DNA of 64,000 bases from the human T2T-CHM13v2.0 reference genome, Homo sapiens. This document shows, in pieces, positions 42,139 to 56,966 of the stretch (position 1 is its first letter; the number at the start of each line of letters is the position of its first letter). Both the position numbers and the translations under genes were made by a program. The DNA is taken from the NCBI RefSeq assembly GCF_009914755.1, contig NC_060927.1, one strand, 5' to 3'. The notes beneath the pieces are model-generated. The model was given only the letters and a program-made list of their open reading frames with translations. It was not told the DNA's origin and did not search any database.

Positions 42139-42598
42139 TAAGGGAGGAGACCACCCTCATATTGTCTTATGCCCGATTTCTGCCTCCAAAGAAAGAAGTA
42201 AAAACTAAAAGGTAGAAATGGAATCCACAGGCAAATAGCCCAGCACTGTGCCCTGGACCTGTTAGTTAAAAATCAACCCCTGACCTAACTGCTTGTGTTA
42301 TCTATAAATTTCAGACATTGCATGGAAAAGCATCATGAAAATCCCTGTCCTGTTCTGCTCTGTTCTGATTACCAGTGGATGCAGCCCCCAGTCAAGTACC
42401 CCCTGCCTGCTCAATTGATCACGATCCTTTCACACAGACCCCCTTAGAGTTGTAAGCCCTTAAAAGGGACAGGAACTGCTCACTCAGGGAGCTCAGTTTT
42501 TGGAGACGTGAGTCTGCCGGTGCTCCCAGCTGAATAAAGCCCTTTCCTTCTACAACTCAGCATCTGAGGGGTTCTTGCCTGTGGCTCGTCCTGCTACA
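42139..42598 (+). mobile_element. Solo LTR2-family (HERV-E/Harlequin) LTR, inserted in a MIR
   Basis: TAAGGGAGGAGACCACCC...GGCTCGTCCTGCTACA with 4-bp TSD AAGT and an internal AATAAA. Confidence 0.88.
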
Positions 42599-43315
42599 AA
42601 GTAATTACTACTGCTACCCACACATCATAGATGAGAAAATTGGGCCTCAGGGAAATTAAATTGAGTGGAAGAGGGGGCATTAGAATCTAGTTGACTCCAG
42701 AACTTGGTGACGCTCTAAACCTTTACACTCCAATGTTGCTATCTGACTCCCCTACTAGTATGTTAACCCCAAGAGTCCTGGGTAGCCATAGCCAGGGTCT
42801 ATTAGTTTCAGAAGAGATTTACAGTCTATTTGCCCAGATTCACAAAATCAAAGCAACGTCTCTGAACCTTGTTATTTGCGCTACCTTTCCCTCGCCCTTT
42901 GTGGCACTCAAATACCTATTAAAAGGAGAAATTAAATGAGCAAATATGGTACTTTTGTCTTGACACCTCTGACGACTCTGTCAATTTTTAATGTACTTTC
43001 CAAAAAACAACAGACAACAGGAACAAATCACAGAGATGAGCAGTTTAAATATATTTGGATTCATTAGCAACAAGGCATGATCCAGTGTTTGTGGAATCAA
43101 ATGATTTAAAGACAGGTTCGTCTCATTTCCCATAATACTAACCATGATGATTGCCAAAATTGCTCAAGTATTTACCATTCTGCAAGCCCTATCCTAAGTG
43201 ATTTGCATATGTTACTTTGTGTAATCATCACATCAGCCTAATGAGACTGGTACTATTATGATTCTCATTCTACTAGATCAGAAAACAGGGACGCAGAAAT
43301 AATGGTCAAATCACT

Positions 43316-43645
<330 letters not shown>

Positions 43646-43945
43646 TAGAGTTTGCAACTGTTTACATGACTTAGCCCCAGGTAGGCCTGTCTTCAGAGCC
43701 TGAGGCCTTAAGACTGTAGATTTCGGCTTCACTGTTGTTATATAGAAATGCTAGTGATTTTTGCACATTGGTTTTGTATCCTGCAACTTCGCTGAAGTTG
43801 TTTATAAGCTTAAGGAGTTTTTGAGCCAATACTATTGGGTTTTCTAGATACAGGATAATGTCATCTGCAAACAGGGATAGTTTGACTTCTTCTCTTCCTA
43901 TATGGATGCCCTTTCTTTCCCTTGCCTGACTGCTCTGACCAGTAC

Positions 43946-44064
43946 TTTCTTTCTTTTTTTTTTTTTATTATACTTCAAGTTTTAGGGTACATGTGCACAA
44001 CGTGCAGGTTAGTTACATACGTATACATGTGCCATATTGGTGTGCTGCACCCATTAACTCGTCA
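43946..44064 (-). mobile_element. Short young L1PA 3'-terminal insertion nested in the inverted L1 segment
   Basis: poly(T)-ATTATACTTCAAGTTTTAGGGTACATGTGCACAACGTGCAGG...CCCATTAACTCGTCA. Confidence 0.8.
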
Positions 44065-44946
44065 ATACTATGTTGAAGTATTGTCTTGTGCTGATTTTCA
44101 AGAGAAATGCTTCCAGCTCTTGCCCATTCAGTATAACATCGGCTGTGGGTCAAGCCAAGAGCCAGATCAGGCATGCAATCCCATTTACAATTGCCAAAAA
44201 AAGAATAAAATACCTAGGAATACAGCTAACCAGTAAAAGAGCTTTACAGAGAGAACTAGAAAACACTGCTCAAAGAAATCAGAGATGACACAAACAAATG
44301 GAAAAATACCCCATGCTCACAGATAGAAAGAATCAATACCATTAAAATGACAATACTGCCCAAAGCAACTTGTAGATTCAATGCTATTCTTATCAAACTA
44401 CCAGTGACATTCTTCACACCACTAAAAAAAGGATTTTAAATTTACATGGAACCAAAAGAGCAACTGAATAGCCAAGACAATCCTAAGCAAAAAAAAAAAA
44501 AAACAAAGCTTGAGTCATCATGCTACCTGACTTCAAACTATACTACAGGGCTACAGTAACCAAAACAGCATGGTATTGATACAAAAACAGACACATAGAC
44601 CAATGGAACAGAAAAGAGAACCCAGAAATAAGGCTGCACACGTACAACCACCATCTGATCTTCAACAAACCTGACAAAAACAAGCAATGGGGGAAAGATT
44701 CCCTATGTAACAAATGGTGCTGGGATAACTGGCTAGCCAGTTGCAGAAAACTGAAAATGAACTCCTTTACAAAAATCTGAACTGAACCCCATATACAAAA
44801 ATCAACTCAAGACAGATTAAAGACTTAAATGTGAAACCCAAAACTATAAAAACCCTGGAAGACAACCTAGGCAATACCATTCAGAACATAGGCACAGGCA
44901 AAGATTTCATGACAAAGATACCAAAAGCAAAAATTGACAAGTTGGG

Positions 44947-45277
<331 letters not shown>

Positions 45278-46674
45278 TTAAACTAAAGAGCTTCTGCACA
45301 GCAAAGGATACTATCAACAGAGTAAACAGACAATCTACAGAACAGAAGAAAATTTTTGCAAACTATGCACCTGACAAAGGTCTAATATGCAGTTTCTATA
45401 AGGAACTTAAGCAAATTTACAAGAGAAAAACAACCCCATTAAAAAGTGGGCAAAGAACATGAACAGACACTTCACAAAAGAAGGCATACATGTAGCCAAC
45501 AAGCATGAAATAAAGCTCAACATTACTGATCATTACATAAATGCAAATCAAAATCACAATGAGATACCATCTTATACCAGTCAGAATGGCTATTATTAAA
45601 AAGTCAAAAAATAACAGATGCTGGAAAGGTTCAGCGAAAAAGGAACACTTATGCACTGTTGGTGGGAGTGTAAATTAGTTCTACCATTGTGGAAAACAAT
45701 GTGTAGTGATTCCCCAAAGACATAAAAACAGAACTACCATTCAACCCAGCAATCCCATTACTGGCTCTATACCTAAAGGAATACGAATCATTCTATCATA
45801 AAAACACATGCACACATATGTTCATTGCAGCACTATTCACAATAGCAAAGACATGGAATCAACATAAATGCCCATAAATTCTAGGCTGGATAAAGAAAAT
45901 ATGGTATATACACACCATGGAATACTATGTAGCCATAAAAAGCAACAACATCATGTCTTTTGTAGGAACATGGCTGGAGCTGGAGGCCATTATCCTTAGC
46001 AAACTAATGCAGGAACAGAAAACCAAATACTACATGTTTTCACTTGTAAGTGGGAGCTAAATGATGAGAACACCTGGATCCATAAAGGGGAACAGCAGAC
46101 ACTGGGAGTTATTGGATGGTGGAGGGCAGGAGGAAGGAGAGCATCAGGAAAAATAGCTATTGGGCACTAGGCTTAATAGCTGGGTGATGAAACAATCTAT
46201 ACAACAAACCCCCATGACACAAGTTTACCTTGTATAACAAACCTGCACATGTACCTCTGAACTTAAAAATTTTAAAAAAATCAATTAAAAAAATAAGACT
46301 GTAGATTAGTATTGTGCCAAAGAAAGAAAGGTTTAGATATCATCCTACAAAAACAGGTGAGGAGTAATATTAGCACAAACAATGGGCTAGAAGGATAAAT
46401 CAAAGGGAAAGGGGTACAGCCACAATAATACATCTATTATAGTTCATCAGAGATGGGGCTAAGTGCTAGTATAGATACCAACCCAAGTTTTAAAAGACTC
46501 AGAAGGCAGATGAAAAAAGATTCTATCTGGGGTGACTCTAGAATTTCTACAATCCAAAATACTCAGTTTGATGGGATGGAGAAATCCCATCAACTTAAGT
46601 ACCCAACTTAAGTACTCAAGATGCAACTTAAGTACCCAAGATGGTACAGAAATAGCAATCAGCCAGATACACGA

Positions 46675-47130
46675 GTCATTTATTCATACAAGCAATATTT
46701 ATTAAGGGTCTACTCTGTGCCAGCCACTGCTTTGGGCAATAAAAGCTACAAATTAACTGACTAAGTCCCTGCTCTTGAGTTTCCATTTTGGTGGGGAAGA
46801 GACAGACGATAAACAAAACTCATGTATGCACATGTATAATATGTCAGGGATGATGAGTGCTGTGAGCTTTTTAAAGCAGGCAAGGAGGTTAGAGAGTACT
46901 GTGAGGTAGTGGGGCCATCAGGGTGGGGAACATTTTAGCAGAGACCCAGAGGAAGTGAGGGCCTGTGTCACACATATATCTGAGGAAAGAGAGTTCTAGG
47001 AAACCATGAAAGCAAGGGCAAAAGTCTAGAAGGAGGGTGCATGCCAGGACTAGTGGGAAGCACCATGTGGCTGGAGCAGAGAAAACAGAAGGGGAAGTGG
47101 GAGGGAGCATGGGTGACAGGCCAGCAGGGA
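46675..47130 (-). mobile_element. L2 3' fragment
   Basis: TCATTTATTCA...AATATTTATTAAGGGTCTACTCTGTGCCAG is the L2 terminus pattern. Confidence 0.65.
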
Positions 47131-47666
47131 TTGGCCAAAACTTTGGAAGTACAACTAAATAATGACTTTCATTAAACTCCTGCTATAGTGATAGCTGGAG
47201 CTCCTGATTCTCTATGAAAAATTATGATAAATCACATTATCAGTTTAAAAATGGAAATTAAAAAGTACCTGCAACTTTATCATCTAACATGGCTTTTTGT
47301 TTCATGTGTTCTTGTCTGGCCTTTTTCCAATTTTTTGCATATTTTTATGAGGTTTGTCATGGTTACAAACAGCTTTACATCATATTTGTCTTACCCACAT
47401 ATCATAATGTGTTTTACAGGTTGTTACAAACCCTTCCAAATAATCGTTCTAGTGGTTGCATAATAAGTGAACGCTCTACTTCCTCTTGGACACTTAAGTA
47501 GCATCCAAATAGTCACTGTTACTGATGATGCACAAACATCTTTCTAGATTTGGATTATGTAGGGACTCTTTCTCTTCATGACCTTTTATCCATAAATAGT
47601 GATTTATTATAGAAATGAGGTATTTCTTGATTGTCCCTACATGTCTGAAGCCGCAAGACTAATTAC

Positions 47667-47737
47667 CTGCTGATGGTGTCTGTTACTTTTTCAGAGTAGA
47701 TACCTTCTGGGACTGGTTCATATACCGCCTCCACTAT
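47667..47737 (-). CDS. NEK10: NEK10 exon B (71 nt): IVEAVYEPVPEGIYSEKVTDTIS(R)
   Basis: Acceptor tttgcag|ATA and donor CAG|GTAATT. In frame with the flanking exons (phases 0 to 2). Too short for the ORF track. Confidence 0.93.
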
Positions 47738-48020
47738 CTGCAAAACAAACAGACTAGAGTGATGGAAGTAAAGGGGCCACGGATGTCTTTGAATAGTTAA
47801 TACTTGACCATAACCTGAGAGTTACTAATTAAGCAGGATAACTTCACACATAAATTTTAGTCAGAAATCCCGACCAAATAAAACATTTGCATCAATTAAA
47901 CAGCTCTTGAACTGGAATTATATTATCCAAGCTGAGTTAAAAATTAACCTTAGATTCATAATAAAATGGTGTATGGGATAATATAAGGTGCTGGATTGTG
48001 AGTAGTCCAGACTGCAATTA

Positions 48021-48337
<317 letters not shown>

Positions 48338-48584
48338 AGAAGACCAAACGTCTTTTTAAAAATAATTTTGTATTATAAATAAAGACAATTATAGAGGGAA
48401 ATAAGCCATTACATGAGATATATATTTAGAAGAAAGCGGAAAAAATAAACTGGATCATGCAGTTAATAAAAACAATTCTTGCTTTTAATGGGCAGTTATA
48501 TACAAATCACAAAGATCTGTTTAATAAGAAAAAGAATTGCATTTTTAGCTACACGAGACCCTTCTGTCTCCCAGCGTTGCTTAC

Positions 48585-48714
48585 TTTTGTAGCCAAGGAC
48601 AGCATGTTAGTGCTGTAGAAGGGGGGACTCAAAGTCGCCATCTGATAAAGGATGCAGCCTACTGCCCAGACATCAGCCTTCTCCCCATACGGCTCACTCT
48701 TCAGTACCTCGGGG
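48585..48714 (-). CDS. NEK10: NEK10 internal coding exon A (130 nt): (C)PEVLKSEPYGEKADVWAVGCILYQMATLSPPFYSTNMLSLATK; kinase subdomains VIII(end)-X
   Basis: Acceptor cttcag|C at 48715-48716 and donor AAA|GTAAGC at 48583-48584. DVWAVG is the subdomain IX motif. The translation is recognised as NEK10. Phases 2 to 0 match the next exon. Confidence 0.95.
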
Positions 48715-48994
48715 CTGAAGTAAAATAAGGACATTAATACATGCTAAGGAAGGGAGAATCCGCTCAGAAAGATCCAATTTTCAAGCTTTATTGGAGTTAT
48801 TTTTTAAGTATCTGAAATGTTTAACTTAATCACTATTTCAGGAAAGGATATCAAAAAGTCTGTTTGAAATTTCCCAGCCTTAGATGAACCAGGAAGCATA
48901 TCAATTCCAGCTTAAGCACTAAATACCAGTAACTCATATAAGTATCACCTAGTATGCATCCAAGGGTGTTTATTTCCAGAAAGAGCAAGCCCAC

Positions 48995-49420
48995 TGTGGT
49001 AGATGGAGTTGCTGGCCCCAGTTCTTTGCTGCTCTGGGAGCTTCTGTACATCCCATCCTTGTGGTAGCCTCTTCTGGGCAGTGCTCATCATCCATTCCTG
49101 CTTTTGGCTTTGACTGTGTTTTCTTCCTTTGACCACCAATGGAATGTGGAAGTGACAATAACCTGATTAGAGCCTCAGTCTGAACAGGTACTGAGGGCTT
49201 CCATTTATCCTTCTAGGAGCTTCGGTCCACTACCAGAGGAAGAATGTGTAACAGGTAGCTTCCACCCTTGCAGCCTGGGCCCAGCATAAGACACACAGAA
49301 CCAGTCTGCCCCCAGACAACCCATATACCAACAGGGTGCAGGAGAACTAGCCTAGCAGGCTCACATACCTGTGACTCTGAAGTTGAATGCCACTGAGACT
49401 TTGTGGTGACTAATGATAAG
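48995..49420 (+). mobile_element. Old MaLR LTR (MLT1-type)
   Basis: TGTGGTAGATGG start, CCAATGGAATGTGGAAGTGAC core and CCACTGAGACTTTGTGGTG end. Confidence 0.5.
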
Positions 49421-50432
49421 GTGTTAATTTGGAAAAAAACTGACTGATAGAGCCTTTCCCTTTGCTATTCAGCTCTAGCATATAAAGTAGGGGGAAGACC
49501 ATATTTAAATATGTTGCGGGAAATGACAATATCTACCATGTTCACTGCTTCTGAAATTGCCACACAATTTAAACAACATTTAAATAATTTGCAACGGTTC
49601 ATGAATCTATTTTTTAATTTAATTAGATTTAATTTTTGTGAAGGCGAGTGTAGTTCCCTTGAACATTTTGTACTAATAGAAGCTTCCTCTAACATATATG
49701 TACACTAAAAAACAGAGTACTAAAAGTACTCAACACACACACACCCTAAATTAAGTAGCTTGCTAATTCAGTTCCATAATAAGTACTTGGGTCTGGCCTC
49801 AGTACTCTAATGGAGTAAAGATTAATATAGTTAGCTTTGACAATGGCTAAGGTATAAAGAAATTTATAAATTGGCATCAAAACAATCAAGACAGGTATAC
49901 ATCAGTATTGACTTAAAAATAATCAACAAATTACTGTTCTTGAGAGGAAGAAGAATTCCTAGTTTAAGATTTATAGTATGTATTTGCAAAGAAAAGTATG
50001 ATTTCTAGGTCTATCAGTTAAGCATTTTCATATTTAGTGTTTTTCAGTTCAATAATACGGAAATGGGGGAATTGGGGCTGAGACTTCCGCAGGGCTCTGC
50101 GGTTCTAAATGTACAAAAAGTATTCCCTGCCATCCCTTTATCAACTGCTCATGTTAAAAAAAAAATGCTTTAACAAGAAGAAAACATGCTCAACACAGAA
50201 AATGTCTTTGGCTCCCCACAGACAAATTTCTCATATTCTCATCTACTGAGATCTCAGAAGATTTGCTTCATATTTCCAAAAGATCACAAAGCACAAGCTG
50301 TGAGTGTTCCACCCATATCCCCTCAAATCCCTTTTGCATTTCCTATCTTTGGTGTGCTTTCACTCCCCACAGCCAGCACCTGCACTTGTTTGGAGGACAG
50401 CTTTCCATTTTCTCCTCAAAAGATAAATTTTC

Positions 50433-52177
<1,745 letters not shown>

Positions 52178-52186
52178 TAAATTTTC

Positions 52187-52343
52187 AATGTCTCTTTTAT
52201 AAGGGCACTAATCCCATTGGTGAGGGCAGAGCCCTCATGACCTAATCACCTACCACAGGCCACATTTTCTAATACCATCACGTTGCAGATTAGGATTTCA
52301 GTATAAGAATTTTAGAGAGACACAAGCATTCAGTTTGTAGCAG
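52187..52343 (-). mobile_element. MaLR LTR fragment (MLT1A/MST-like), probable host of the L1 insertion
   Basis: TATAAGGGCACTAATCCCATTGGTGAGGGCAGAGCCCTCATGACCTAATCACC. Confidence 0.65.
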
Positions 52344-54159
52344 ACTTTCCTCTTGAAACACTGCTATGTTTTTCACTCAGCCAGTAAACATGACTAAGCA
52401 CTAGTGACTAGTAGAAGTACTAGTCACTCTTCTACCTGCTTGGAATCTGTTCTCATGGGGCTCACTTTCTAGTAAGGGACAGGAGGCAGAGAAGATATAA
52501 AATAAAACACAAGAAAATAACTTAAAAGTAAATGATGTTGTATTTTAATAAGTGAAAAATGCTATAGGAAAATAAACTCGACTAGAATAAAGGAGGTCTG
52601 GAGAGGAGGTAAGGTGGCAAGTTGCAATATTAGAAAAAATGGTTCCTTCCTCCCTCTCAGATACCATATAATGACCCTTCAGTGGCTTCCTCCTTCATTC
52701 ACTCATTCATCTTCTCTTCATACTTTACTCTCTCCTTGGATAATTTCATTCACATCCAAGTCTTCCATTGAAACCATATGCTGGTAACTCGCAGACCTAA
52801 TTTCCATTCTTCAAGCCCCTCAAGTGCGCACAGAGATGAAGGCTCTGTTACAAACCACTGACGAAAATAGGGTTAAAGCAGTGGACTCTAAACAATTTGC
52901 CTATTTTATAAATTAGAGTGGAGAACTCATCCCAAGTCAACAATGTTTATTTTCTTGAATTTCAAGCACTGTTTCTGAGGTGTACAAAACAACCCTGCAG
53001 GACAAAGGCCTGAGCATCTGCAACAGGAAGATAGCTCCCTGGGAGATATCTTAAAGCCCTGGGCCTGTGACTGTCTTTGCCCCCACATGACTTCCTGGGA
53101 AACATTTCTATTTATTTTTCTACTTCCACTTCTGCTGCCATTTGCACTTCAAACCTAGTCACTTCAAGCAATCCTTTTAAATATGTGTGTGTGCTATGGG
53201 AGCTTTTTCTTAATCTGCAAGACTCCAGGGTGACTACTCTGCATCCCAGGGAACCTTTCTGATGTCAAGAGCTAATGTTTCCAGGACATCTGCTGGCTTC
53301 AGATTTGCCCCTAATTCCTGGTGTGTCCAGCATTACCACATTAGCAGTTAAATTTATCCTCTAAATGCTAGTTCTTTCCTCAAAAGATAAGATGATAATA
53401 TTTGACAACTAAGGGTTTATAAGAACTAGCTTATTTTCACCACTAATGAGCTGAAAGAAATACTAGGGCACAGGTATGAGAAATTGAAGAAGAAATTAAA
53501 ACCTTAAGAGAAATTGAAAAACTATCATTGAAGAAGTAACTCATTGACAATATAATGATATAGCATCTTGGAAACAATGACATTTAGAGATGTCATAAAA
53601 GAAAATGTTCCCTTAATAAGTGTTAGAAAATATTAATAAAAGAATCTCAAGGAGTTTGGGACACAGTGAGGGCTAAATTGTTTGAAGACTATTACGAAGT
53701 CTATTTTAGAAATAAATAAAAATAGACTTACTACTGTAAGTCTATCTTATTGAAGTTATTTATCCAATAATATTTGCTTCACTAGGTAAAGAGAGAAAAG
53801 GGATTTCTGCATCCCACTGCAATGTGTTAATTCTGAGTCTATTAAAAAGTACATTTAGTTCTCAGGTATTGGCTATCACACCTTCATCTCCCGGGAGTAC
53901 CTTAAATACAAAGGAGAAAGAGAACTAACTTATCACTGTTACTGAAAAAAGAACATAAACCTTCTGTCTGAAGGTTTAAGATCCACTATTTGTGCACTCA
54001 AGGAGGCAAAACTCTATCTAAACTCATGAGGATAAAATTCTGACCTGAGGTGACATAATTAAGTCTGTGTGCCAGTAAGTACCATTTATTTAGACTGAAA
54101 ATCAAATGATGCTCTAATTATAATTCATTGTACAGCATGTAGCAATATAGGATGAATAA

Positions 54160-54245
54160 AATGTGTGTGTGTGTATTTTTGTGTGTATGCATGTATTGTG
54201 GATGTCTGTGTGTTTGTATGTGTATGTGAATGTTTGTGTGCATGT
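54160..54245. repeat. Degenerate (TG)n low-complexity tract
   Basis: Seen directly. Confidence 0.8.
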
Positions 54246-55261
54246 CCATGGATATTTATGGTTGCTGAAGGTTGGTAAACCGTTGCCGAGAAATGGCTCA
54301 AAAAACCATCACTATGGTACGATAGGAGTTAATGAGAACTAATGAGGGTGCGGAAACTTGGAAAAACCATGGGGATATAAATCTCGGTGCATTTTCTGGA
54401 AAAAGTGAGCAACATAATATTCAGATATATGGTGAGATAAGCATAGCTTAGCAGAGAAGACACTAGGCAGAATCATGAATGTAGAGAGATCCATCCATGC
54501 CTTGATCTTCTTCTATGAGGTCCTACTTATTATAAGCACTTAATAGCATTGATAAAATATAACCTCGTCCCACAAGGGCCATAAAAATTAAAGAGCACCC
54601 TGATCGGCCTTATGGCATTCTCCACTATGGAGGAGTAAAGGGATTGAGCCAGAAAAGAGACTGGAAGCCTGGACAAGCCCACTAATGTGGTGATCAGGGA
54701 AATGAGAAGATGAAAGCCACAGGACTTCAGAATTGATTGGATGTGGGGAAGAGAAAAAGAGAAGGGAAAGATGATCCCCTCCTTCTCTAGGATCCCAAGT
54801 ATTTGGTTCTGGTGACTAAATGGGTATAAGAGTCATTAACACAGATACAGGGGGAGCAGATGTGCAGGAAGAAATGACATCAATTTGGAATATATTAATT
54901 CATGTATGTCTGCAAGATCCACAATTGGGGATATTCAATGGGCAACATCATTCCAGATGTGAAGAGTCTCTCAAAACCTTATCCTCAGAGCATGTGCTGT
55001 CTATAAGCCTGGCATCACGGAAATGTTCTCAGCTCACAGATGACTACTGCCGTTACGCAGTTAGTTAAAAAGATTTGATACCTAAACAGCTCTAACTTTT
55101 CTGAACACAAACCTCTTACAGAGAGACAAGAGAATTAGATGACACATTCAAGAGCTGTGGAATAATATACTATGCCACTAAAAGAAATTGGCACACCTTT
55201 AACACAAATTTGAGAGCCTGCCTGCTTTTGGACGGCATCCAGCATTGACAGCTTTATCCAC

Positions 55262-55424
55262 TAAAAAATAGGACAGCCAGTTAAATTTGAATTACTTTTA
55301 AAAATGCAATAGTTGAAAAATATGCTAAAAAATACAGTAAACGGGACATAAACTAAAATGTTCATTGGTGTTTATTCAAAATTCAAATTTCATTGGCCAC
55401 CCTGTATTTCATCTGGCAATCCTA
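55262..55424. mobile_element. MER53-like palindromic hAT MITE
   Basis: CCAGTTAAATTTGAATT ... AATTCAAATTTCATTGG..CCTGTATTTCATCTGGCAATCCTA. Confidence 0.6.
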
Positions 55425-55927
55425 AATTGCAGTATTATTCATGTACCCTTCTTTGTTAGTGTTTAAGTCATCTTTATTCTAGAAAGGCACAAAAAGAGCT
55501 ATTTAAACACTATCTATGGTTTTCTGCACTTACTTTACAAAAATAGCAAAGCAGGATGTTTATATTGGGCATTTGGGACACTTCTCTAAATGCTTTCTAT
55601 TTCTCTCATGTTGCATGAAGCTATGCATTAACATGCCTTAACCACCAATGAAATCAATGATTTAAAAGCTCTTTAAAATATAAGCAGCAGCTTAAAGTAC
55701 AAAACACATTTGAAGATATGAAATGTTAAATTCAGGCCTAGTTTTTATAAACATTTTTACCAAATGTCTCTGTAAATGTTAAGTTAAATAATAAACAAAC
55801 TGGAGTAGAAGCCATCAGAATAGCCTCCTTAGTCCCACAGCAAAGGTGGGCCACGACTGGTTTCTAGATGCCAAACCCTCTTATTAGGTCATCTAGCTCC
55901 TGTGGATTGTGTTTAGGGACATGCATG

Positions 55928-56966
55928 TGAACAAAACCAGAATATCTCACCCCCAAAAAACACTTCTTTGGCATATTTCCATATAGCTATTCAAAGGAAC
56001 TGCAAACCACAGAAATCTTCTTGAAAATCTGTCTTTTGTGGAGAATATTTGCATCTGTAGAGAAAATCTACATTCATGAAATAAACAGCTAGGGTTTCTC
56101 TGAGCCCACCCCCACCCCACTCCTATCCGAATCCAGGAAAGATTAACTCACATGAATGAGAGGGAGAGTATGACACCTTTGAAAGTCTGATAAGAGACAT
56201 TTTACCACAGGCCACCATCTATTTTTTCTGAGAACTGCTACCTGTGAAATTTCATGTGTCTTAGTCTGTTTTCCGTTTCTGTTCCTTATAACAGAATACC
56301 TGAAACTAGACAATTTATAAAGAAAAGGAACTTGTTTCTTACAATTCTGGAGGCTGAAAATCCAAGGATGAGGGGCTGCATCTGGTGAGGGCCCTCTTGC
56401 TGGTGCAGACTTTCTGCAGAGTCCCGAGGCACCATGAGGCATCACACGGCAAAGGGGCTGAGGGTGCTCACTTGGATCTCCCTCTAGTCCCATTCTCATA
56501 ATAACTCATGAATTCCTTAATCCATGAATGGATCCTCATGATGCACTAGATCATAAGGGCTCTTCTCTCATGATCTAGCGATCTCTTAAAGGTCCCATCT
56601 CCTAATACTGCCACATGGGGAATTAAGTTTCAACCTAAGTTTTGGATGGAACAAACTTTCAAACCATAGCACTCTGTATAACGAGACCACCTTCACTAGC
56701 CAGGCCTTTTCTTGTCCCTCCCTCCCATAACCTGTCTTGCACAATCCAAGCCCCTATTCCTTCTGCGACTTCTGGATGGTATAAAACTTCAGTCATCTGG
56801 CCTTTCCTGAGTTTTCATATTTCATATTGTTCTTATGTACACATGTGCAAGTAATAATTTCTATACCTTTCTCCTATCAATCTGTCTATTATGCATTTGT
56901 TTTATAGACTCAAATTATCAAACCTTCAGAAGGGTGAGGAAGGAGGAAGTTATCTTCACCCCTACA
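55928..56966 (+). mobile_element. ERV1 solo LTR (MER34-like), interrupted by an MST element
   Basis: TG...CA ends with 4-bp TSD CATG; CAGAATATCTCACCCCCAAAA..CTTTGGCATA start motif. Confidence 0.7.
56257..56671 (-). mobile_element. MaLR MST-type LTR nested in the MER34-like LTR
   Basis: TGTCTTAGTC...AATTTATAAAGAAAAGG...CAAACCATAGCA. Confidence 0.75.
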
